Below, piece after piece: positions 32,574-45,379 of a stretch of 64,000 bases of DNA. Origin of the DNA: Cyanophora paradoxa CCMP329 (taxonomy: Eukaryota > Plantae > Glaucophyta); contig QPMI01000079.1 in NCBI GenBank assembly GCA_004431415.1, positions 82,151 through 146,150 of the forward strand. The letters are read 5' to 3'. The translations under genes were made by a program, and so were the position numbers. Each line of letters begins with the position of its first letter. Position 1 is the first letter of the stretch. The notes beneath the pieces were generated by a model. It worked only from the letters and a program-made list of their open reading frames with translations. It did no database searches and had not been told where the DNA came from.

Positions 32574-35500
32574 CCTCTCTTGATGCTCCGTGCCGCGCAG
32601 CGGATCACGATGATGATGCCGAGCCCCTTCCGCGACGACCACCACATCTACGTCACCTCGTACCTCCGCACGGTGGGTCACCGGCCCGGCCTCCGCTGCC
32701 GGGCCCCGGCTTCACACCTTCTGGCCCGCCTCACCGCTCGTCGCTCCGGACGCGCGCGCTCGCAGGGCGTCGCAAAAGTCGTGAACATCCCCCGCAAGTA
32801 GGCCACGCTCTCTTTTGAATTAAACCTCCTTGTGCTCTATTATGTATGGTTTTAACATCGCGTTCCCCCGCAGCGTCTTCGGCCTCCACAAGGTACCCCG
32901 CGCTTTCTTTGAATCGAATCGAATTATTTCGCGCTCTGTTGCACGTCGCTGACTTCACTTTCTCAAGGATGGCCACATCTTCCCCATCCGGCTCTACGTC
33001 ACGAGGTGGGCTTTAATTTATAACGCTTGAAATTGCAACCGCGCGCGGTTGAAAATTTAATCGCGTCACGCGCTCTCTGTGTGCAGAATGGACATCAACG
33101 GGTCCATCACGTTCGTGGGAGCCGTCACGCAGCTCGAAGACACGTGCGCGCGGCCGATCCGCGAATTCGCGCGCGATCGCATTCGTCAGTCTAAAGGGCG
33201 CCGGTGATCCTGGCCAGGGACGGAGCGATGCTGGTGACCGCGGCGGGGAAGCTAACCGGTGAGGGCGCTTCCATCTTTTCTCGCTGCTCAAGCTCGCTGC
33301 TGACGCTCTCCGGATCTAGGGGCAAACAAGGAAGCTGCGTCCATATTCGAGACTCCCGTGACCGAGCTCGCCCAGAAAGATATCAAGGTGCGTTGCAGGA
33401 AATCAAAGAAGAGTGCTATTTCTATGTAATTAATAACGCGATCTTTTGCAGCAAATCGTGCCGCCGCGCTTCTGGAGCGTCTTCGACGTCATCGGCGGGC
33501 CGCAGAAGCCGGGGAGCGGCTTCCTGCGCGCCCCGTTCGGCGCGCGCCAGACGCTGGGCGGGGGCGGCTCCTTCAACCGGCGCGTGGGCGGCGCGGTGCC
33601 GTCGCTGAACATCGGCGCCGGTGCGGGGGACCGCCGCGAGTCGAACACGTCGAAGATGCGCGACGGCACCCAGCAGCAGGCGCGACGCCCTCCGCCTAGC
33701 CTGCCTCCAAATACATGATACGTAAATTTCACGCGCTCTGCAGGGCGGGAACGCGCTCCAGTTCGCCTCGAAGATCCAGGAGCTCTCGGAGACGGAGATA
33801 CAGGGGCTCTCCCCCGACGGCACGGCGAGTGGAACAGGGCGGCCGGCTGGGCCAGCCCCTCCGATCCGCCCGTCTGCGCGTTGATCACGAGGTCGTACGG
33901 CCGCAGGTCTTTCCGCTCTCGGTCAAGCTCTCCAAGATGTTCGAGGGCGAGGCGCGCGCTGTGTACTCCCTGTCCATGTCGAGCTTCTAACGCTGCCGAG
34001 CCGCAGAAAACGCTGATCATTGCCAACATCAAGGAGGTGCTTAAAGTTTCCACTGATATCCAACTCCAGCGTCCGCAGGCGACCGCGCCGGTAGCTCAGG
34101 CCGCGCGCGCGGGCGCAGGTGGAGGACACGGCGGGGCTGATCTCGATCGACGCCCGCGGGGTCATCCGCTCCCTCAACAAGTCCCTCTGCGTCATCTTCG
34201 GCTACCAGGCGCTTATATATTATAAAATTGCATTTGACGACTTCGAATTCGCTCCCCGTTCGATTTGTCTCTCAACCGTCTTGTTTTCGCACTTGCGCGC
34301 AGCCCCGAGAGCTCATCAACCAAAAGATTGAGGTCCTCGTTTTTCTTATTTGCACATGTCCTCTTTATTCGACGCTGACGGGGGGCGTCCGCTTGCGGCG
34401 CGCGCGCGCGCAGATGTTGATGCCGGCGCCCTACTCGCAGTACCACCAGGGCTACCTGGACCGCTACATGCGCACGGGCGAGGAGCACGTGCGCATGCGC
34501 GCGCCGCCGTGCTGCGCAAAGCTCAAGCTTCAGCTTCGCTTCCTTGGCTCTGCCGTTCCTCGTCCGACCTCAACGGCCGCGGGCGCGCAGGTGGTGGGCC
34601 AGAAGCGCACCGTTACGGGCAAGCACAAGAGCGGCGCCACTTTCCCCATCATGCTCGAGGCGAGTCGTAGTCTAAGATGGCTTATAATAATAAGGGACGG
34701 TCAGGCCTAGGGGTGATAAGAATACACCGACCGCGCGCGAGCGCAACAGTCTTAGGGCAGAGTCTCGCATCTCGAGCTTCCGCCCGCCCCTCGGCCGCTG
34801 ACCCGCCTCGATTCGCCGCGGTCAGGTGTCGCGGGCGGACGTGGGGCGGGACGCCTTCTTCGTGGGGCGCGTCATCAAGCTCGAAGACGAGGAGGACCAG
34901 GACGCCGTGCGACCCCGCGCCGGCTGTTCGGCTAGACTCGATCGACTCTGCATCGACGTCGGCTCTGATCCGATGGAACTGCGAACGCAGATGATCACGA
35001 TCGACCAGGGGGGCCTGATGCAGAACGTGAACGCCGTCTGCTCCGAGATGTTCGGCTACCGCACGCAGGAGATGCTCGGCCGCAACGTCAAGATGCTCAT
35101 GCCCAGGTCCGCACGCGCGCGCGCGCCCCGTCCCGTTCCGTCGATCCCGACGGTCGGGATCGAACGATGGCGGCAGCCACTACGCGGTGCACCACGACAA
35201 ATACCTCTCGGAGTACATGCGGACGGGCGTCTCGCACGTCATCGGCACGGGCGGGCGCTCGCTCGAGGCCCTCCACCGCGACGGCAGCACCTTCCCCGTC
35301 CAGCTCGAGGTGCAGCCGGCGCTGCTCTGCTCTGCAACGCCGCCGCCGCGCCACCGACGACCGCGACAACGTTTGACGCTCGGAGAGAGATGAATAGCCT
35401 GAGGCGGCTTGCGTTATCAACTACAGATAGAGATATATAGAGCCACACCTAAGCCACCTCGGTCTATCTCTCTGTCTCTATCTCTGACGCTCCCTCCGCT

Positions 35501-38500
35501 CTCGCGCCGGCAGGTGATGCAGGACGACTCGCTGAAGGACAAGGGCGTGACCCTCTTCATGGGGCGCATCAGCAAGCTCACCGACATGGACGCTCTCGTG
35601 CGCGCGTTTGTCGGCAGAGCAGCCCGCGCGCGCCGTCGCCCCTCGCCGAACTGTGTCGTTTACATATAATTAATCGCCGAAACGTGTGCCACGTGTATTA
35701 CAATCGCTTACGTGTACGTCCGATCAGATCTCCATCAACTCGAAGGGCATTGTCACCTCTTGCAACAAATGTGCGCCGTTTTCGGTCAAGTACTCCGTGA
35801 AGTACGGTTTGCGCGGCTGGAGGCTCACACGACATTGATCGCGCAGACGCGTGCAAGATGTTCGGGATCAAAGGGTGCGCGCGCGCCGCGTTGCGCCCTG
35901 AGTTCCGCCCCTCGCGTCCAGCGTCATGCCATGGGCCAGGCCGGAGCACCTCGTGGGCCGCAACATCAAAGTCCTGACCCCGCCCGAGATCGCCGTCAAC
36001 CACGACGCCTACCTCAAAAGGTCCCCGGTCCTTTCATTATCTTCGGATTTCCTGATGTTTTCCTGATATTTCGCGATACCAGATACATGGACACGGGAGT
36101 GGCCCGCGTGGTCGGCCTGAAGCGCGAGGTCGAAGGGTGCGATTGCGAGCCGTTCGAGAAATGGCGGGCATAAGGGTCTCGAGATCGGCGTCAAAATGAT
36201 CTCCGAGTCGCCCGACAGGCTCCACTCGGACGGGTCCCGCTTCCCCCTCACGCTCGAAGTCAGCGAGATGAAGGTCCAGGTGAGATCCGGGGCGGTTGAA
36301 ATCGTTTACGTACAGCTTCCCTCGCTGAAATTCGGATAGGACGACTCGATCTTCACGGCCCGGATCCTCTTTAACGCGGAGGATTACAAGAAGTCCCAGG
36401 TCCGGCGGGCTTTTCTTCGATCTGCAATTGCGAGATCAAGCTCACCACACTTGATTTCGCAGCGCTCGGCCCGCTCGGGCGGAGCCTCGCCCCACGGCAG
36501 CCACCCGGCCGTCGCCGTCACTGCACCTGCGCCTGCCCACGTGTTCGTGCCTCGCACGCTGCGTGTTCCAGTCCGCATCTCGCGTCTCGTGACGGCCACC
36601 GCGCGGCGTGCGCAGGCCCGAGCGCACGGGTCTTGTCCAGCGGAAGCCCCACGCGCAAGGGTCAGTGACGCGCGCCCCGGGCCCTCCTCGGTCAACGTTT
36701 GATCGTGATCACGATCAGGCACGGTGAGCACGGCCACCACGCGCACGTGCACGCCCACGGGCTCAACGTCGGAAACTTCGGCCTGGACCCCGTCGTCGAG
36801 GGTCCGCCTCGCCCCTCCTCGCGCTCCGTTTCTTCCTTTCGGGTCGGGGGATCGAATCTGTTGCGCCTCGCCCGCCCGCAGAGGGCGCCGAGGGGACGCC
36901 GCGGATCAACCTCGGGCCCAACATGAAGATCTCCAGCTTCACCTCCGATTCCAGGTCCGGTCCAGTCTTTGTGCAATTTCGAGCCTAGTACATTCAACAG
37001 CTTATCCGATTTCAATGTACATGTACGCGTATCCAGCCACGGGAACGGCAACCGGTTCGACCCGCTGCACCTGGACCACCCGCAGCCGCGGCGGCGCTCG
37101 CTGTCGATCGGGGGCGGCCCCGACACGGACCGCTCGGGCGGCTCGCTCGGCCGCTCGGACGGGAGCGCGACCGACCGGAGCGCCGGCGACCGCGACCGGT
37201 GGGCCGGCCTCGGGCGCGGGCACGGGCAGGGGCGCCGCCGGAGCAGCCACGACACGGGAACGAGCTCATCGACGGCGCAGCCGCTCGTGCCCCTCACCGC
37301 GCACGACGAGGTCAGCGCCCCATCAAACATATTAGACTTAACAGCGAACATATCGGAATTTAGATCCGCTGAGCTCGTGTTTGGTTCGAATTCGCAGGAG
37401 TCCCTGGTGACGCGGATGCCGGCGGCGCTGGCCATGGGCCTTGGCCTGGGCCGCGAGGACGGCAGCGGCGAGGCCGGCGCCGGCGGGGCCGGCGCGGGCG
37501 GGCCCGGGGCGGGCGTGGCGAGCTTGGGCTCAGGGGCGGGCGCGGGGCCCTCGGACCACGACGGCGACGAGCGCCGCAGCGAGGCCGGGCAGGTGCGCGC
37601 TCGAGCGCTGCCGCAAGCCGAGGCGAGATTTCGAGATTTCCGCCCGCAGTCCGAGGCGTCGGCGTCGTCCATCGGGACCAAGCGGCGCCGGCGGAAGCGC
37701 AAGCGCGTTCGGATCCCCTCCCGTCCCAGCCGACCGCCCCGCCCCAACGTCGACCCCTGAACCTCCCGTTTCGTTTCCGTCCGCCCTGCAGGATGGAGCT
37801 GCTGAACGCGGCGCGGAACCGCAAGTCGGGCGCCGACCTCCTCTGGCGCCAGGTCCGCCCAAGCTTAAGGGACGCGCCCCACGCGCTGTATATATATCCA
37901 ATGAGAATATCTAATACAAGATGAATTACGAGATCAAATACAAGATCGGTTAACTCCTCTAATGCACCCAATAAGCGTTGTCTTCGCGGAGGGCATGCGC
38001 AGCCTGTTCCGCGCTCGAGCTCGGCGGCGCTGACGGGCTCGCCTCGCCCGGGGACGGCGCGCGCGGCAGATCGTGCTCTCGGTGGTGATCCTCTCGGCGC
38101 TCTGCGTCGCCGCCTTCCTCATCGTCCAGGCCCGCCCCGCCCCGCGCGGCCCCCACTTATTCTATCAGCTCGCTTAGAGCTTCACGGCTGCGTGCAGGGC
38201 ATGATGGCCGGCTACGGGGGGATGCTCGAGGCCGTCGCGTGCGCCCCGGGCCCGCTCGCTATTCGGCCCCGCTCGCCGGGGCTTCGGCCCCGCTCGCCGG
38301 CGCCCCCCGTTCCGAACGTTGACGGACGCTTCTGCGGCGCCGGCGCAGAGCGTCGAGCCAGCGGACCCTCCAGTCGCAGTTCGTGGCGATCGAGGTAGCC
38401 AGCTATGGCTCCCTTCGCTTTGAGCTTCGAGCTTCGCGCCGCCGGGCGCGACGCTCGCGCCCACGGCCGCACGCCCGCAGGCAAGGACCCTGGACCTTCT

Positions 38501-41500
38501 GGCGCGCGGCGCGGCGGCGCCGAGCGCGGTGGACTCGGCTTCCGGCGGCGGGCTCGAGGCGGCGGCGGGGCGGCTCGCCGCGGCCGCCGCCGAGATGATG
38601 CGCCTCCACCAGGCGAGCCCGACCGGGCCGCGGTAGAATGGAGCCGCCGTAATAGTTTATTAGTTCGTGACCTCGGATTCGATTTGGCGCAGGGGCTGCA
38701 CCTGGGGACGGAGGGCCTGCAGCCGGGGAGCCCCGAGGGGGTCGCCGACCTCATGGACGCCCCCTCCCTCAACGCCACCCAGTTCCGGTGCGCCGAAATT
38801 TATGATTAGAATTTCTGTTACGCCGAGCGCGTCGCGGGCCCGGCCCGGCCTGGCGGACTCTCTCTCCTCTTACAAGTACTGACACGGCCGGCCCAGCAAC
38901 ACGAACCCGCCCGAGATCGTGTACGCGGCGATGGGCCTCTGGAATCTGGGCGAGAGGTGCCGCCCCCAGACTCCTCGACGACTCTTCGAGTCTGTCTGAC
39001 GCCCGCGGCACGTGCGCAGCTACGTGCAACACGCGCGGCTGCTGGCGGCCTCCGCGTCGTACTTCGCGCGGGGCCCCGCCGCCGTCAACGCCACTTCCCT
39101 CGCCGACCCCGCCCGCTGCCTCTTCGACACGGGCGCGCGAGCCCGCGGCCCGCGCCCGATTCCTCTGATTTCTCTGACGGCCCCCGCCCTTTGCCCGCCA
39201 GGCCGCTGCATCTCGTACCAGTTCATCATGCGCAACAGCCCCGACGTCGGTGCGCGCCCCCGCGCGCGCCCGTCCTCCTCTTGCGGCCTTTTGTTCTGAG
39301 GCGGCCCGGCCCTGCACGGCCCGCGCGCAGTCTACGCGGCAACGGAGCGGGCGACGGACCTCTTCACCGCCGGCGTCGTCGCCGCCCGCCGCGCCGTCCA
39401 GGCCCGCCCGAGCCCGTCCTGGAGACCTAGATCTGATCTGATGATCTGCCCGCCTGCCCCGCCTCAATCTAGATCTGCCCCGCCCCGCGCGCCCTCCACC
39501 CGGTCGCCGCCCCTCCGGCTGACGGCCCCGCCCCTTTGATTCCGCACGCAGCTGGTGTACATCGTGACCCTCGCCGTCTCCCTCGTCGTCGTCGCCGCCT
39601 TCGCCCTCCTCATGTGCCCCCGCCCCGCCCCTCCACCCCGCCCCGCCCTTCCCCCCTCCGCCCCGATATCGCCCCAACAACTAAGACCGCGAGCGCTACA
39701 TACTTTTAGGCGTGATGATAATGCCCGCTCGTGTGCCCGCCCCGCCTCTCCACCCCGGTCCCTAAGAAGATCTCGGACAATAATCTTATCTAGTTGATCC
39801 TGTTGAGCCGGCTAGCCTGCCCCGCCCCTCTGCTGGGCGTCGCAGCGCTCCGCGCCGCGCTGCGCCGCCGAGTGCTGATCATGAGCGCCGGCACGCGCGC
39901 GGGCAGCTTCGGGCCGTCGTTCCGGCGGGTGCGGGCGGAGCGCGACTCCATCATGGGCCTCTTCCTCGTGCGCTATTTATGGCCGGGGCCCAAGTTTAAG
40001 GAGCTGAGCGTTTTCGCCGCAGCGCATCCCGAAGGCGACGGTCAAGATCCTCGCCCGCCGCAAGATCAAGGCCCGCCCCGCCCCGCCCCGCCCCCGCCTT
40101 GCCCCGCCCCCGCCCCCGCCCCCGCGTCACCCTACTCCCACCCCGGACCCCACCCCGCCCCGGGCCCCTGCTTAAGCTTTTCTCACGCGCCGCGGGCCAT
40201 CCCTCGCAGGTCCGCCTGAACTCGGACGACGAGGAGTCCGAGGACGAGGTGCCGGGCCCCGGCCCGCCTCGAAGGAGCCTCACCCGATCTCACGCGGGCG
40301 CCCCTCCGCCTCTGCTCGCAGGACGACGACGCGGACGTGGACAAGGCCGCGGCAAAGGAGGCCCGCCCCGCCCGCCCGCTCGGCCCCGATCGAATCGGGC
40401 CCTGCAGCGCGCTTCCGCTGTTCGTGATGGCGCGCGCCTTCGCAGGCGGCGGCCGCCTCGAAGCAGGAGAAGGCGGGTGGGGAGGGGGGCGCGACCTACG
40501 CCGACATCCCCAGGCGCGCGTGCAGCCCCTCCGCCTCGTCAGACCAGACGCGCCTCAGACCATTTCTGATCATGAGCGCGCGCGCGCAGCCGGCGGGTCT
40601 CGTTCTTCGCGAGCGCGCAGCCGCCGGCCGCCCCCGGGGCCAGCCGCCGCGCCTCAACCCTGCCCAAGGTCCCTGGGCCTGGGTCCCCCCCGCCCTCCGC
40701 GGAAATTCAAATTGAAATCGGGATGGGGGCAGGGGCCGGCGGGGGCGGCGGTGGCGGCGCTCCCCAACCTCGCCACCCCCGACAGCCACGGCCAGGTCCG
40801 GCCCTTAGTTTACGGCGCGGTTGAGGGAACTATTAGAGTCGCCGGCTCGAACCTTCGGGCCCGACGGGCCTGAATTCGAAGAAAATATTATAGAATGGCT
40901 CAACGTAGTAGAATGGTCCCGGCCGGCCCTTGGCTCAACACATTAGAGCGGCTCACACCTTCCTTCCGGCGGCAGGCGGCCTGGACGACGGGCCCCGCCC
41001 GCGAGTCCGTCCGGCGGCCCTCGTACCTCGCCGGTGCCCGCCGCCCCCCTGGCCTGCTCTCCCGCCTTCTTTTCCTCTTCCAACTTCGCTGTCAAATTCG
41101 CAGCGGCGCTGGCGGCCGTGCGCCTCGCCTTCTCGTCCGGCCGCGCCGCCGCGTACGGTGCGCAAAGTATATTCGCTTCCTCGCGAATGATCTTGCGAGC
41201 TGAGCGACGGCGAACCGAACAGGCCCCGGGCCGCCTTCGGACCGGGCCGCCAAGGTGCGCTCTCGTCTCGCCGCTTTTGTTCTCCGAACTTCCTCCTTCC
41301 TCACGCGCCCGAAGGTGGCGCCGATGCCGCCCCCGGGCGGGCCGAGCGGCAAGCCGGGTCAACCCGGCGGCAAGGGCCCGGCCCCCGAGGGTGCCCCGGC
41401 GTCCCCTCTCTCTCTCTGTCTCTGCTCTCTCATCGGACTCACTCTCGAGATCTAATCTCCCATCGGACAGCTGCGCCGGCGCGGATGGACTCGTTCTTCC

Positions 41501-43803
41501 GCTCGCTGGCCGTGCAGTACCTCGCCGCCCTCGCCCTCACCGCGTGCGCCGCCCCCAGCCCGCCCCGCCCCGCCCCGCACGAGGAAGTCAAACTCGAAGC
41601 TCAAACTAGAAGAAGATTAAAAGGCGCTTGCGCCCTGCGGGCAGGCTGCTCTTTGGGGGTATCTGTATAAGAACGCCTAACTAATCAGCGCCTAACATAA
41701 GATCGCCTAACAAACGCCTAGTAAGACCGCCTATTACACGTAAGCGGCCACTAAGAGAGCCGCGGGGCGTTCCTAATATAAGCCTAACATAAGATTACTA
41801 GGCGTTCTAATAAACGCCTGATAAGAGCGGCTAACAAGGGGCCGGGCGGGCAGGGTGCTCTTCGGGGCGATCTTCGGGGCGGGGATGCGCCTCACCGCGC
41901 GCCTCGACGACGACGCCGGCGACCTCCGCCTTGGTCCGCCCCCCTCCGCTTCGATTTGCATTTCCCCGTCACAATTTTCCAATTTCCCTGAATTTCACCG
42001 CTGCACTCTTCGGGCTGGACCCCCCTCTGCTCTGACGCTCCTCGGCTCCCTCGGGCAGCGTGCGGGCGGGCGACGCTGGCGGCGCGCCTCGCGCAGCTCT
42101 CCCGCGAGTTCGTCCTCTCCGCTGCCGCCCAGGTGCCCCGTACCCCCCCTCTTCTCTCCCCCCCCCCAACCTCGCCTGGCCCCGGACCAGCTGTGTCTAA
42201 ATATATATTCCTGACGCGGCCCGCGGCTTGGGGCAGCACGGGGTGGTGACGCCGGGGCTGCGGGGGCGCGTGGCGGCGGACGCGGCGGCGCTGCGGGGCG
42301 CCCACGCGCGGCTCGTCTCCGGCGGCCGCCCCTCCTACCCGCCCCTCGCCGACCTCACCTACCGGTCCGCTCCGCCCCAGCCCTCGCTTCTCTGTTCCGC
42401 CTCTCCGGCTTACTGGAACTCAACCTCTGGCTCGCGCTCCTCTAAACTGGACTTCGATTTATCTAATCCCCGCTAAATCGTCTAAACTGGACTTCGATTT
42501 ATCTTATCTCTGTCTTACTGTGCCTTGCCCTTTGGCTCGCGCTCCTCCCGCGCATTGCAGGGCCTCCTGCATGCGCCCCGAGCGGGCCCTCTGCGACCTG
42601 ACCTCCTCCATCGACCGGTGACCCCGCCCCAGCCCGTGCCCGAGCGCGGCGCCGGCGCCCCGGAGCACCGGTCGCCTGATCGCGGGCCCCGCGCGCGCCT
42701 CAGGCCGGCGGTCTCCAACGGGCTAGACGCCGCCCTCTCCTACCTCCTCGACCAGGTGCCCCCGCGCAGGCCCCGGCGCTCTACGAAAATGCGAGAGGCC
42801 CAGCGCGAAGATCAGCGCGAAAATGCGCTGCGAAAACGAAACTCTCGCTCGCAAAAGAGCGCGAAAGAGCGCAAAAGTTAGCAACACCAAGCATGGGGCT
42901 GCAGCTTCCTATCACCGCGAACCAACCGGGCGCCCCGGCGGGGCCTGACCCGCCGTGTCTTCGCGATCGCAGGCTGACCTGCTGGTGGCGGACGGCGTGG
43001 CGGCCGGCGGGGCGCCCCCCGACGCCCTCGCCAACCCCAGGCGAGGCCGCCCCGCCCCTAAGCTCAAGCTGAACCTCGCGTCTGAGCTTAGTTGAACTCG
43101 GCAGGTTCCGGTTCGTGTGGGAGATCGGGCTGCGGGACGTGATGGACGGCCTCCGCTCCGCCGTTGCACTCTACCGAGAGGCAAGCCGATGGATCTTGTT
43201 CTAAGCTCTCTCTTAATTTATTGATAGGCTCTCTAGCTCTGTACGATGATTACTCTAAGCTCGAGCTCGAGCTCGAGCTTCGTTTCTTTCGTAACTGAAC
43301 CCGCACTTGCAGGCCGCCGCCGCCGCCGAGAGCGCGCTGGTGCGTGGCCGCGACCAGCGGCGTGTAATACAATGCGTGTGCAGCCGCACAGCTGAACGGC
43401 GCTCAGGTGCCGGTGCACGGGGCGCTGATGGGTGTCACGCTGGCGGCCCTCGCCGGCATGTTTGTCTTCCTCTTCCGTGCGCCCGCTCACCTGAGCTCTG
43501 ATCTCGTCCGAGTTAAACTCCGCTCTACCACGGTCTCGATCTTGAATTCGCGCCGGCAGGCCCGATGGTCACGCGGCTGCGGGACGAGACGCGGCGCACC
43601 CGCCGCATGCTGCAGGTGCTCGACAGCAACAATTTCTAAAAGCCTTCAGCGATGTCGTAGCATATATAGCCACGGCCCAGCGCCCGGACCTTTTTGAATA
43701 TTTAAATCGGGCGCGCGGGCAGATGATCCCAGACGAGGTGGCGGAGAAGGTGGACGCCATCAAGGAGTACCTCGACAAGTGCGCCACCGAGGGCGCCGCC
43801 TGA
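27356..43803 (+). CDS. Giant multi-exon TmcB/TmcC-like (FXL-like) multi-pass membrane protein with five PAS domains
   Basis: N-terminal TM bundle (IVDFLQ|LLVFP, ALDC, YPDVPCWGFP, TLRHLPY|YSKHMNELRS). TPR-like linker (VEIAA|RFL, MDLVSYVEFQ|KQ, LLSKYPRS, VKND..RAEEYYRLAD). PAS domains at ~32280-36380. Two TM-luminal-TM modules; ends MIPDEVAEKVDAIKEYLDKCATEGAA* at 43803. Start codon uncertain. Confidence 0.85.
28970..29300. repeat. Intronic polypyrimidine tract with (CT)n microsatellite
   Basis: About 320 nt almost exclusively C/T, including a (ct)n run at ~29214-29272. Confidence 0.9.
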
Positions 43804-45379
43804 CCATGACCCCCGGGCCCCGCGGCTTAGGCCTCCGCGCGCGGCCTATCCTGCGTGCAACGATGCCGGTAGCCATAATCATTGCGTGTGGGGTATCGGC
43901 CGTAGCACGTAGCAGCTGCAGAGGCTCGAATTCGAATTCAGAATAGCCTGTATACACCGCACAGTTTTGCGCTGCAGCCGGGCGATACCGCCGTGCAGCT
44001 CCTGAGAGGATGCATCCATTTAACGTTTAATCAGTAGTAACATAGACGCAAGTACCGGTAAGCGTGCTTTTGAGTTCTAGATCTAGTAGGCTCTGAAGGT
44101 TTCCCGTTTTTGTTTCACACGCATCACATGCGCAACGTTATCCGTGCACGCGAATACGTACTTGCGTAGGCCGTCATCTGGCCGTGCAATCGGCAAGCTT
44201 TAATCTGTCCAATCATTCATTTCATTATTAGTGTTTATATAATGCTCTCTTAGAACGTTCTGCAGAGTAAGCATTTATGATCCGCTTCAGGTTTAGTTTG
44301 CATTCATTCGAAGCTTTCGAATTCATGATTAGCCCAGAGTGCTCTCCGACGGCTCAATTTTTATCTAATTTTAACTGCATAGCCTAGAAGGTTCCGAGTT
44401 CAGTACTATCATAGAATTCGAAATTGAACTGCGAGACGATATTACTTAGGCATTTGAAGACACGAATTTTCGAATAGACATGTACATATACAGCCAATAC
44501 TTGTCGGCGTTGTCGCAAACATCGTTAGAGGCCTAGGCTTGTCTCGGGTCTGTTTGCATGGCTCCGTTCCCCCCGCACCCCCTTCCCCGCCCCCTGCCCC
44601 CTTTCGCGCCCCGGCCCCTCTCTTTGTCTAGACACGTGCACCAGCGCCCGGCGGCCGGCTGCAGCACAGTGGCAGCAAGAGATCTAGAGCCCGATTGGAC
44701 AAGGGGGAGGCGTGAGGGGCCCCTATGGTCGGATTTAAGGAAATGCATTTTTATTATCCTGCGGCGAAAGAGATGTCTAGGGGGGAGTACCGCACACTTC
44801 CGGCGCACGTCCCAATCTTCAGCAGCGCCGCACCGGGAGAGCACAGAGCATGCATCGGAAGCACCAGCCGGGTAGCCGGGCGCTCTGGCTAGCTCCCCGG
44901 CGGCCCCGCCACCGACCGACCCGACATCATGCCTTCGGCGCGGTCGCACGCCCCGCGCGGCGAGCCTGGCCTAGTCTGGCCACTGGATTAGTTGTATACA
45001 TGTTACAGCCGGCCCGTAGCTAGCTACAGCCAGCACCGCGGACGCTCCGCGCCTTGCGAACGGCCGACCTGCGCGGCTTCGGTGACTGCGGGCGATCCGT
45101 CGCTCCCGATGTCGCTGTATCGCTTCCGAAGGTGACACGTGCATGCTAGTACGTGTATACAATGCTCAACTAGCGTTTGCGGTTCGCTGGCAGCACCTCC
45201 TCTGACGCAGCCGGAGTGTGCTCGGGAGAGCGCGGGGCGCTTCGCGGGGGCGAGCGTGGTGCGGTGCCATCATGCGGGGCAGCGTTCTGCACAACTAAGA
45301 GCATCGTTTGTAATCGCAGAACAAGTCCGCACTCGCTGGCGCGGCGCGCCGCTGTCCGCGGCGCCGCCAGCCCACGCTC

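Noticed and set aside
45260-45335. Degenerate C2H2 zinc finger (VPSCGAAFCTTKSIVCNRRTSPH) suggesting a retroelement N-terminus
   Set aside because: First Cys and first His are missing without assuming mutations, and there is no RT downstream.
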